This document shows positions 55,613-64,000 of a stretch of DNA of 64,000 bases, one piece after another. The notes under the pieces were generated by a model. The model worked only from the letters and a program-made list of their open reading frames with translations. It ran no database searches and was not told where the DNA came from. Source of the stretch: a virus. How positions within the stretch are numbered: the stretch's first letter is position 1; each line of letters begins with the position of its first letter. A program made the position numbers and the translations under genes. Where the stretch lies: IMG/VR virus record IMGVR_UViG_3300042465_003746, positions 23,414-87,413 of that record; one strand, 5' to 3'.

Positions 55613-58600
55613 ATGGAAGAAGAAGAAAAACCAGTTAAATTAAAAGGAGTAGATACTGGAAAAGAAGGAGGAACTTATTCTATTTTACCTGTTTCTAAAC
55701 CTTCCGATGTCTATAAAATACCTAAAACTGAAGAACAAGCCTTTGCTCAAAAATTAGGAAATATAGCAGAAATTACTACAAATTCTATTGCAGGAACTGA
55801 TTTTAATGTAGACCCTAGAGCAGCTATGCTCTATACTCCTATAGATTTAGCAGCAGGAATTAGAGACCCTAATGAAAGAGCTAAATTTCTAAACGAACAT
55901 GGTTCTCGCATGGTTAAATTGATGGGTCAAGATCAATATGGTATTAGATTTAATCATGAAATAAAAGATTATGCAGCCTATAAAGAAAAATTATACGATA
56001 AACGTGTAGATAAATTCTTAGATGATTTAGATGAAGGTCAAAGTTTTTTAGCTGAGGCAGGTAATACTGCAACTAAATTAATTGGAAATCTTGCAGTAAA
56101 TATAGCGGGTATTTTGCCTGTAGTATATGGTATGGGAAAAGGGTTATTTACTTGGGATGCTCAAAATATTTATAATAATGGGATGTTTGATGCATGGGAA
56201 ACCATGGAAGAAGAAATCAATAACAAATTTGCAGTATACGGAGGTTCTGATTATGATTTAAATGAAGACGGAAGTCAGAAAGGATTCTTCTCTAGATTTG
56301 TATCACATCCAATGAAATCTTTAAATAAAGATATTGCTCCCGCAATTTCTTTTATTGCAGGAGCTATTATCACAGAAATGATAGCTGCTCCCCTAGGAGT
56401 AGTAACAGGAGGTACTTCTGTAGTAGCAGCCACAGCTAAATTAGGAGCACAGGCTACTAGATTATTTGCAAGAGGTGCGGGGGAAGTAGGAGCATTAGGA
56501 GTAAAAGGAACTAATTTATTATTACCTAAAGGAATGAAAATCCTAAGAGGATTAGATAAGTTAGACGATGCTGCTAATATGACAAAGATAACTGATTTAT
56601 CAGCTAAATATAGAGCTACTTTAGGAACAGCTACTTCTATGGTAAGAAGTGCAGGTTATGAATCTTCTTTAATAGCTAGAGATACTTATGATAGTACTTT
56701 AGAAAGTTTATTAGCAAATCATGCTGCATTAAATGCTGAACCTCCTACAGAATCAGAAATGGCTTTGTATAAACAAAAAGCAGGTGATGCTTCTGAGTAT
56801 GCATGGTTTACTAATATTCCGTTAGTAGGCTTTTCTAATATGATGCAATTTCCTAAGATATTTGCAGGAGGATATAAAGTTAATCAAGCATTGTCTAGAT
56901 TAAGTCCTTTAAAATCTACAGGAACTATAATTAATAAAGAAGGACAAAGACAGGCTCGATCAGAAGTACTCGGTAAATGGGGTCGTACAGCTGCAGTTGG
57001 TGGAGCAATGTTAAAGTCAGGAGTTACAGAAGGATTTGAAGAATTTTCTCAAGGAGTTCTTGAACATGGATTAGCTGATTACTATACTGCAAAATATACT
57101 AAGAATTCTAGAGAAACTTCTATAGGTTTACTATCAGCTATGAATACTGCTGCTAGAAACTACGCAGGCTCAACTGAGGGACAAGATTCAATGACTATTG
57201 GGTTCTTAATGGGGATGGTGGGGTTACGTCTTCCTATGAGAATTAATAAAGAATCAGGTAAGTTAGAGAGAGGTTGGGCATCTTATGGAGGAGCTAGAGA
57301 AGCTCGTAAAGAACTTAAACAAAAATGGGCCCAAGATGCAGTAAATGCAGAGTACCTGAATACTAATTCTACGCAAGATGCACTAAAGTCCAACTATGAT
57401 AACATGGCTCGTGGGGTAACTACCCAAGAAGACCAAGATGCTGCTTTAGCTAAAGGAGATAAGTTTGGATTTAAGAATTCCGAGCATTCTTCAATGCACT
57501 CCTTTGTATCTACAAGGATACAACTAGGTTTATCAGATACTATTTTTCAAGATTTAGATGCATTCCAAGCTTTACCTCTTGCTAACTTTAATGATCAATT
57601 TGCTACTAAAGGAGTAAAAGATTTTACTGAAGAAACTCGGAAAGAATCTCTTGATAAAGTTAGAGTAGAGACAGAAAATGTTATAACAGCTACTAGAGAA
57701 GTAGAATCATTATTTAATGATACTAAAGTATTAGTAGATTTATTTTCAAAAGATTATAAAGGATTACAAGATCCTAAGAACATAACAGGAGCTCTAAAAG
57801 AGCAAATGATTTATTTACATTCAGCTAATAAAAACTTTAGTGAAAGAGAGAAATCTCTGGAGTCAGAAGTTCAAGACTTGACTGATGGTAAAATCAATCC
57901 TACTGTATTTAGAAATATTATAGGAAGAATTACAGGAGTAAGAAAAGATGATGGCAGTGCAGAGATGATTACTTCTGCTAAAGAATTGTACAAAGCTGCT
58001 ATGCAAGATTGGAAGTCAGAAGACCCAGTTGGATATAATCAACACTCTAAAGAAGTTGCTCCTATTTTACAAGATTTAATAAAGATAAAAGTAAAGAGAG
58101 CACAATTAAGTACGTTATATAATGTACTATTTACTAAATCGGGTGCAGAGAAATTTGGTAAATTTTACGAATTACTAGAGGAGCACTATGTAGGAGAGGC
58201 TCATAAACAAGTATTAGAACAAATTGCTAATGCTACTAAAAACTCTAAGACAGCTGCTAGAACTACTAAAAATTCTATGGATGAGAAGTCTATTACTGGT
58301 GATACTCCTATTGTAAATGCACAAACTAAGAGAGAAGCAGATTTAGCAGATGCAGAAGTATCTGCAATGATTAATGCAAGTTCTCCTCAAGATGCTTCTC
58401 AAGTAGCAGATTTAAATTCTTTAATTCCCTTAGTCAGTCCTACTGAAATTTTAAAAATACTTGAAGATAAACCAGGATTATTTGCAGCAATAAGAAAAAG
58501 TTTATTAGACAAAGGCATTGTTATAGGAGATACTGTTTCTGAAGTAAGAGAAAATCTAGTAGAGGATCCTAAAATAGGTGCAGCAATTGTTGCAGAATTT

Positions 58601-59485
58601 GCTAAGTTGATGTCCGCTAATTCTTCAGAAGAATCTGTTAAAGACCCAAGTCTAGATTTTGCAGATGAACAAGATGCTTCTCAACCTAATCCTGTACCTC
58701 AAGATGAGTTAACTTTAGAACAACAGTTAGAACAATCTTTAAATAAATTAGAAAGAACTTTTGCACCTAAACAACAAGTAAATCCTACAGCAATTATAGG
58801 AGTAACTCACCATAAAGAAATAAAAGGTGGAAAACTTTTAAGAGACCCTAAAACAGGAAAATTTATTAAAAAAATAACTGACCAACCTGTAGATAATGCA
58901 TTATTAAATTCTCCTGAGTTTTTATCTAATGCAGAATTAAAAGCTGAGTTTAAATATGTACAGTTTAAATTAGAGGAAACTATTCCTTGGAAAGATTCTA
59001 AAGGCAACACTGTAGAAATAACAGATGCCAATACTAGAATAGGTGCATACCATAATGGTATATTCTTAATGGATTTACCTGCTTTTACAGCAGGTATGCC
59101 GCTAAATTTTTTAGCACTCAGAAAAGCTATTATAGCTCAAGAAACTGGGGTTATAGAAGAAGCTCCTACGGTAAATATCCAAGAGCAAATAGAAATTAAA
59201 AAGAATCAACTAGAAGAGTTAGATGCTAAATACGTAAGAGATCAACAAGCGATAGAAGATAAGTTTGCTAAAACAGGCTTTATGAAAACAATGTTTGGAG
59301 ATCCTGCAGCTAGAGTAAATGCTGACTATGCATTAGAACTAGAATATGAAGAAGCTAAAGAAAAACTTACTAATGAACTAGTTGCTTTAAAAAATCCTGT
59401 AGTATCAGAAAGAGAAGCACTTATTGCGCAGTATTTAAAAACAATTGCAGAACAAGCAGAAATTAATACACAAGGTTGTAAATAA
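55613..59485 (+). CDS. Large virion cargo protein with hydrophobic segments
   Basis: 1290 aa; Gly/Ala-rich hydrophobic helices, TEGFEEFSQG. Confidence 0.7.
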   Translation: MEEEEKPVKLKGVDTGKEGGTYSILPVSKPSDVYKIPKTEEQAFAQKLGNIAEITTNSIAGTDFNVDPRAAMLYTPIDLAAGIRDPNERAKFLNEHGSRMVKLMGQDQYGIRFNHEIKDYAAYKEKLYDKRVDKFLDDLDEGQSFLAEAGNTATKLIGNLAVNIAGILPVVYGMGKGLFTWDAQNIYNNGMFDAWETMEEEINNKFAVYGGSDYDLNEDGSQKGFFSRFVSHPMKSLNKDIAPAISFIAGAIITEMIAAPLGVVTGGTSVVAATAKLGAQATRLFARGAGEVGALGVKGTNLLLPKGMKILRGLDKLDDAANMTKITDLSAKYRATLGTATSMVRSAGYESSLIARDTYDSTLESLLANHAALNAEPPTESEMALYKQKAGDASEYAWFTNIPLVGFSNMMQFPKIFAGGYKVNQALSRLSPLKSTGTIINKEGQRQARSEVLGKWGRTAAVGGAMLKSGVTEGFEEFSQGVLEHGLADYYTAKYTKNSRETSIGLLSAMNTAARNYAGSTEGQDSMTIGFLMGMVGLRLPMRINKESGKLERGWASYGGAREARKELKQKWAQDAVNAEYLNTNSTQDALKSNYDNMARGVTTQEDQDAALAKGDKFGFKNSEHSSMHSFVSTRIQLGLSDTIFQDLDAFQALPLANFNDQFATKGVKDFTEETRKESLDKVRVETENVITATREVESLFNDTKVLVDLFSKDYKGLQDPKNITGALKEQMIYLHSANKNFSEREKSLESEVQDLTDGKINPTVFRNIIGRITGVRKDDGSAEMITSAKELYKAAMQDWKSEDPVGYNQHSKEVAPILQDLIKIKVKRAQLSTLYNVLFTKSGAEKFGKFYELLEEHYVGEAHKQVLEQIANATKNSKTAARTTKNSMDEKSITGDTPIVNAQTKREADLADAEVSAMINASSPQDASQVADLNSLIPLVSPTEILKILEDKPGLFAAIRKSLLDKGIVIGDTVSEVRENLVEDPKIGAAIVAEFAKLMSANSSEESVKDPSLDFADEQDASQPNPVPQDELTLEQQLEQSLNKLERTFAPKQQVNPTAIIGVTHHKEIKGGKLLRDPKTGKFIKKITDQPVDNALLNSPEFLSNAELKAEFKYVQFKLEETIPWKDSKGNTVEITDANTRIGAYHNGIFLMDLPAFTAGMPLNFLALRKAIIAQETGVIEEAPTVNIQEQIEIKKNQLEELDAKYVRDQQAIEDKFAKTGFMKTMFGDPAARVNADYALELEYEEAKEKLTNELVALKNPVVSEREALIAQYLKTIAEQAEINTQGCK

Positions 59486-59496
59486 AATAAATAACA

Positions 59497-59970
59497 ATGG
59501 AAAATTTATTAAGTGAAATAGAACAAAAAGAATTAAACAAGTTTGGTTTACTAGAACTAACTGCTTCTCAGAATTATTTACATCTTAGTAATAGGATGAA
59601 AACTTTAGGTTACTTTGGGGCTGAAAAGTTTTTCTTAAGTGAGGCTAACAGTGAAAGAGATCACTATGGTAAAATTGAAAAATTTGCTAATGATTTAGGA
59701 GGAGAAGTATCAGTAGAATCTTTGGAAAAAGTAACCAGCACTGTTGCTAATATTAAAGAAGCATTGGAACATGCTTATCAGATGGAAAAAGATTTAATGA
59801 TGGAGTATGAGAAAGCGGCAATACGCACTGACTTATCATTAAAAGTTGTACTTTTGTTGCAAGACTTCACAACACATCAAGTAGGAGCAGTAGGTGAATA
59901 TGGAGATTTACTTGCTAGACTAGCTCTTACTGACAATATGTTGTTGTTTGATCAAGAACTTGGTAATTAA
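59497..59970 (+). CDS. Ferritin-like protein
   Basis: ELTASQNY, ERDH, AYQME, HQ ferroxidase-type pattern; 157 aa. Confidence 0.85.
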   Translation: MENLLSEIEQKELNKFGLLELTASQNYLHLSNRMKTLGYFGAEKFFLSEANSERDHYGKIEKFANDLGGEVSVESLEKVTSTVANIKEALEHAYQMEKDLMMEYEKAAIRTDLSLKVVLLLQDFTTHQVGAVGEYGDLLARLALTDNMLLFDQELGN

Positions 59971-59981
59971 AAAATTAAATT

Positions 59982-62900
59982 ATGGCTTGTCAATATTGGT
60001 ACAATGACGCTTGGCGTTCTGAAGAAGAATTCAAACAAATTTTAAATAACGGATTACTAGATACTTTAATTAAGGACAAGAAAGTTAAAATTCCTGGATT
60101 AAAAGCTAATGCTAAAAAAGTTAAAGAATTTGCTAAAGCAGGAATCAAGAAACAGCCAATACAACTACGTATTTTAAGTAAAATACAATCTAGAATTAAT
60201 AACGATAGAGAAGCAGGTACTCTAGCATTTGTTAATGCTAATCCCGTAGAGATACTTAAGAAAGCCAATGCTGAAAGAAAAGCTAGGAATCCTAAAGCTA
60301 AAGACATTCCTTTTACAATTGTTATTAAAGTAGCAGGAATAATTAAAGTAGGTAGGCCGACTAAAACTAATGAAAAAATTAGAAAAGAACTATTAGCATC
60401 TAGTGTAAATATTGAGAAGAATCTTAAGGAAGGTATTCCATATATGTTAGTGCCTTCTGCTTATGGATTATATCCTATACAGATGAAGTCTCACGCTATT
60501 AAAGATACTATTGCATTTCCTTTACTGCAGAATGCTGTTAAAGCTTTAGCTAAATCTGAATTAGGAGATTTCCAAAGTAACAGAAGAAATATAGAAAAGT
60601 TACTCTACCAAACTACCGTAGATATGAAAGACGGCAAATTTGTAGTAACTCGCATTGACCCTAAAACAAAAAAGGCTATACCTTCTACTTTTAGTACAGC
60701 TGAAGAAACTAGTGCTTACTTAGGAAATCTACTTTATAGATGTGACTATGAGAAGATAAACTCTATGTATCTAGGAGAAGACTATAATAGCAAATTGGCT
60801 AAAGTAGGAGCAATCTCTACAGATTTATTTAGTGAGGACGGTAACTTTTTTAACTCTAGTTCTTTTGTTATAGAAGCTTATCAACTTTCTGAAGAAGATA
60901 AACGTACCTTAGAAATAGTAATGGAGAAAGAAATGCCTAATACAGAGGCTACTATAACTTTTTCTGAAGCAGTTGCTGCTAATAAAACAGCTGCTCCTAA
61001 ATCTACTACTAACAAAAAAGATGAAGGGCCTATATTTAATACCCCAATTAACGAAGTAAACGCTGCAATGAATGCAGTTGCTGGGCAAGTTACTAAAGAC
61101 ATTGAATTAGGCACAGGTTCTTACTCTATAGCAAGAGTAATTGCTACTATTAAAGATGGTGTAGTTTCTATAGATTCTATACAAATGATTTCTAAGGTTA
61201 AAAGAAAAAATGCAAATGATAAAATTACAGCTTCTCCTACTACAATAAGTAATACAGAAAAGCAAGCTGCTACTAAAGCATTTTTTGAATTAGATGACAT
61301 TAAAGCAGTTAAAGTAAAAGTAACACCTACTTCCACAGCTCCCGCAACTACTAATTGGGCCTCTCTTGTTGCAGCGGCAACTTCTGGGGGAGAGTTAGAT
61401 ACTATTATAGATCAAATGGATAAAGCAGGTGTTAAACCTTCTCCTGATTTATTTATGGAAATTTCTGTACAAAGAGAAGTACTTCCTAAAGCAACTCCTA
61501 CATCTACAGCAGGTTCTGTTATCAAAAATGCCCTTAAACAAATGGCAGATTTAGCGGCAACTGAAAAGATGGAAGAAGCCCCTGCTGCAGAAGAATTAGA
61601 TACTTTATCAGACATGATTGCTAATTCTAAAGTAATTATAGCAGAAGACCCTATAGCTACTACAGAAGAAGCTCCCGAAGAAGATTTTGGGGATATGTTT
61701 GACGATGAAGTAGGTTTAATAGGTAAGTCTTTAGAAGATGACCCTAACGCAGATAAAGTTGCTTTTAGATTAACTCCTAAAGTTGATGGAACTAAATGGA
61801 ATAGACAGGAAGAATTAAATAAATTAAAAGAAATAATTGGTAATAAGAATAGAAAGCAAAAAGGTAAAATAAGAATCTTTAAAAATATTGAAGATCTGCA
61901 GAATTATCTACCTGCAGAAACTTACGAAATGCTTTTAGAAGCTCGTAGAAACGGTAAAGAACTTCACGGTTTATTTACAGAAGCAGCTTTATACTTAAGT
62001 GCTAATGCTGATGCAGGCACTACTTACCACGAAGCTTTCCATATTATATTTACACTTGCCCTACCTTTAGAAACTAGAGTTAAGATTTTAAATGAAGCAT
62101 TAGAAAAATATGGAGACGAATTACCATTAGTAAAGTTTAAGAATAAAAAAGGAGAAGAAGAAGTAAGATTCCCTACTTTCATAGAAATAGAAGAATTACT
62201 TGCTGATAAGTTTATGGACTACGTTCAGTCTAAAGAAGCTGATAAATTTGGAGATAAGGACTTTGAATTTACTACTTTGGGAAAAACTTTTAAAGGATTA
62301 TATAGAATGCTTGAAGTATTTTTTAATCCAGGAAGAAGAATTGATATAGACCAATTATTTGAAGATATTAATTTAGGAGTATACAAACATTCTGTTAATT
62401 TCAAGAATACTAGTCTTCCTACTCAAATTAAATTTAGACAAACTGATTATAAATATGATAATGGAGAAGAAGAGCGTCAATCTTTTGTGTATATGCAAAC
62501 TAGGATGGACGATATCTTTAATGTCTATAGAGGAAAAAATATAGAAAACGAGTTAAAAACTGAGAGAGAAATTATTAGTGAGATGGGCGTAGATATGTTC
62601 TACACGTTACTTTTAAGTAACATCTATGCAGATGCTCGACTTAATATGAATAACAGTGCAGGACCTTATATAATGAAGTTGTATTCTGTATTAACTAATA
62701 AAGGAGAAGCAGCTTCTACAGTTGAAATAGATAGCCAAGTTCTTAAACAGTTTAACAGACCAACAGATTTACTAGAAAGATTTAATCATTCATTAGTTAA
62801 CCGTGGCTTACATATGGACTACAAAGGAGTTCGTAATGTTGAAAATAATTTATTAGAGGATGATACTAATCCAATGGAAACTAATGAAGAAAACACAAAA

Positions 62901-64000
62901 GCCGAAGCATGGATGAAGGGAAGTATAGAAATGGACCCTAAAGACAGCATGAGTCAGAGACTTAAAAGTTTCTTTGCTACTATTCCTAAATTTACTTCTA
63001 GTAGAAAAAATGCTAAACCTTTAGTAAACTCTTTTAATGTACAAGAAACTGAAAATGCTAATGAAGTATTTGGGTATTTAATTTCTAGAATCTCAGATAG
63101 CACTTCTTCAGTAGAAGATATGATGGATAAGTTAAATGCTTTAGCTAATAAAAAGCCTTACATCAATCACATTATTAATAAGTTAAACCAAGACCCTATT
63201 CTTAAATCAGAATTATGGTTAGCTATAGGACAAAAACATTATGCTACATTCTCTTTTGCTTATGAAAAAGATGGAGAATATACTATTGTTAATTCTAATA
63301 GAAAATCTGTAGAGAATATAATTAGAGATACTTTAATTGGAGAGTTTTTAGTTCAAGGTAATCCTTTATTTAATAAAGATAAAACTGGAAAAACTAATTT
63401 TGAAGATATTAATCATGAAAAAGTAGATGAATTATTTGAAGCATTAACTGCTAAGAAATTACAAGGAACATCTATTTCAAATGCTGTAGATAAAAAAGAA
63501 ACAGCAGCTTTATTTTTTAGGACTTTAGAAGAAATTTTAAATAAAGCAAACATCAACATTAGTGCTGATGATATAGCAACTGTATGGAATCCTGAATCAG
63601 GAAATGCTTCTTGGAAAAATGTAGAAAATTTAATAGATACTTTAATTAAAATTACAGAAGAATTAGCTACAGATAAGAATCCTTTCTTAGCAATGAAACC
63701 CGATGAAGATATCGTTAATAAGAAAATCAAAGGAAATAAAAACTCTATTGAAAAATTAGGTAGATTATTACAACCTGCATTAGAAAGAGAAGTAGTATCT
63801 TCTTTTAGAAATATAGAAGGCAAGACTGTGTATAATTTAATGCTAGCTAATTTCCTTAGTAAGCAAGTTAATAAATTTAAGAATCCAGAATTACTACAAG
63901 AATATTTAGAAGAAGTTGCAGGTGATAATTTAATAAGCAATTTGCCATTCTTAAAGGATTTATCCAATGATGACTCTTATGTTAATGGTTTATTAGAAAT
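59982..64000 (+). CDS. Giant virion cargo protein with zincin motif, partial; probable virion RNA polymerase module
   Basis: MACQYWYNDAWRSEEEF...; in-frame HEAFH at 62028-62042; open at the window end; RNAP catalytic motif not seen here, so that role is from synteny only. Confidence 0.75.
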   Translation, partial: MACQYWYNDAWRSEEEFKQILNNGLLDTLIKDKKVKIPGLKANAKKVKEFAKAGIKKQPIQLRILSKIQSRINNDREAGTLAFVNANPVEILKKANAERKARNPKAKDIPFTIVIKVAGIIKVGRPTKTNEKIRKELLASSVNIEKNLKEGIPYMLVPSAYGLYPIQMKSHAIKDTIAFPLLQNAVKALAKSELGDFQSNRRNIEKLLYQTTVDMKDGKFVVTRIDPKTKKAIPSTFSTAEETSAYLGNLLYRCDYEKINSMYLGEDYNSKLAKVGAISTDLFSEDGNFFNSSSFVIEAYQLSEEDKRTLEIVMEKEMPNTEATITFSEAVAANKTAAPKSTTNKKDEGPIFNTPINEVNAAMNAVAGQVTKDIELGTGSYSIARVIATIKDGVVSIDSIQMISKVKRKNANDKITASPTTISNTEKQAATKAFFELDDIKAVKVKVTPTSTAPATTNWASLVAAATSGGELDTIIDQMDKAGVKPSPDLFMEISVQREVLPKATPTSTAGSVIKNALKQMADLAATEKMEEAPAAEELDTLSDMIANSKVIIAEDPIATTEEAPEEDFGDMFDDEVGLIGKSLEDDPNADKVAFRLTPKVDGTKWNRQEELNKLKEIIGNKNRKQKGKIRIFKNIEDLQNYLPAETYEMLLEARRNGKELHGLFTEAALYLSANADAGTTYHEAFHIIFTLALPLETRVKILNEALEKYGDELPLVKFKNKKGEEEVRFPTFIEIEELLADKFMDYVQSKEADKFGDKDFEFTTLGKTFKGLYRMLEVFFNPGRRIDIDQLFEDINLGVYKHSVNFKNTSLPTQIKFRQTDYKYDNGEEERQSFVYMQTRMDDIFNVYRGKNIENELKTEREIISEMGVDMFYTLLLSNIYADARLNMNNSAGPYIMKLYSVLTNKGEAASTVEIDSQVLKQFNRPTDLLERFNHSLVNRGLHMDYKGVRNVENNLLEDDTNPMETNEENTKAEAWMKGSIEMDPKDSMSQRLKSFFATIPKFTSSRKNAKPLVNSFNVQETENANEVFGYLISRISDSTSSVEDMMDKLNALANKKPYINHIINKLNQDPILKSELWLAIGQKHYATFSFAYEKDGEYTIVNSNRKSVENIIRDTLIGEFLVQGNPLFNKDKTGKTNFEDINHEKVDELFEALTAKKLQGTSISNAVDKKETAALFFRTLEEILNKANINISADDIATVWNPESGNASWKNVENLIDTLIKITEELATDKNPFLAMKPDEDIVNKKIKGNKNSIEKLGRLLQPALEREVVSSFRNIEGKTVYNLMLANFLSKQVNKFKNPELLQEYLEEVAGDNLISNLPFLKDLSNDDSYVNGLLE

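Noticed and set aside
18417-63967. Minus-strand ORFs in the right arm, including 59990-63967
   Set aside because: Antisense shadows; the 60-64 kb ones lie opposite the long plus-strand ORF starting at 59982
1-64000. Stop-codon reassignment, CRISPR array, DGR/reverse transcriptase, introns or inteins in polymerase, TerL or MCP
   Set aside because: Core genes are full length in code 11, with no suppressor tRNA, repeat-spacer array, RT motif or visible insertion

Overview
A 64 kb AT-rich segment of a crAss-like (Crassvirales-type) podophage, probably infecting a Bacteroidota host: intergenic TAnnTTTG promoter boxes, A-rich start regions without Shine-Dalgarno sequences, standard code 11. Two arms diverge from a non-coding switch region at about 16.05-16.65 kb. 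The minus-strand arm (1-16 kb) holds replication genes (AAA ATPase, DnaB-like helicase, initiator-like protein, SF2 helicase, family A DNA polymerase), many small accessory genes, a GH73-like hydrolase, a ~950 bp cluster of structured RNAs including two tRNA-like molecules with non-canonical middle arms, and an antisense HNH gene that appears to split a twister-like RNA. The plus-strand arm (16.6-64 kb) holds a DEDD exonuclease, wHTH and IHF-like proteins, TerL, portal, scaffold, major capsid, auxiliary capsid/ring/hub/fibre genes, a spanin-holin-GH108 lysis cassette, ring and muzzle proteins, and very large cargo proteins (GH73, zincin, repeated aromatic-x-x-GG motifs) with a ferritin gene inserted among them. 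The last giant ORF runs off the window. The best novelty candidates are RNA-level: the tRNA-scaffolded ncRNA cluster, the HNH-interrupted twister-like RNA, a covarying tandem hairpin motif, and a terminator loop complementary to the start regions of two capsid-module genes. All calls come from reading motifs and gene order by eye; no database search was run.
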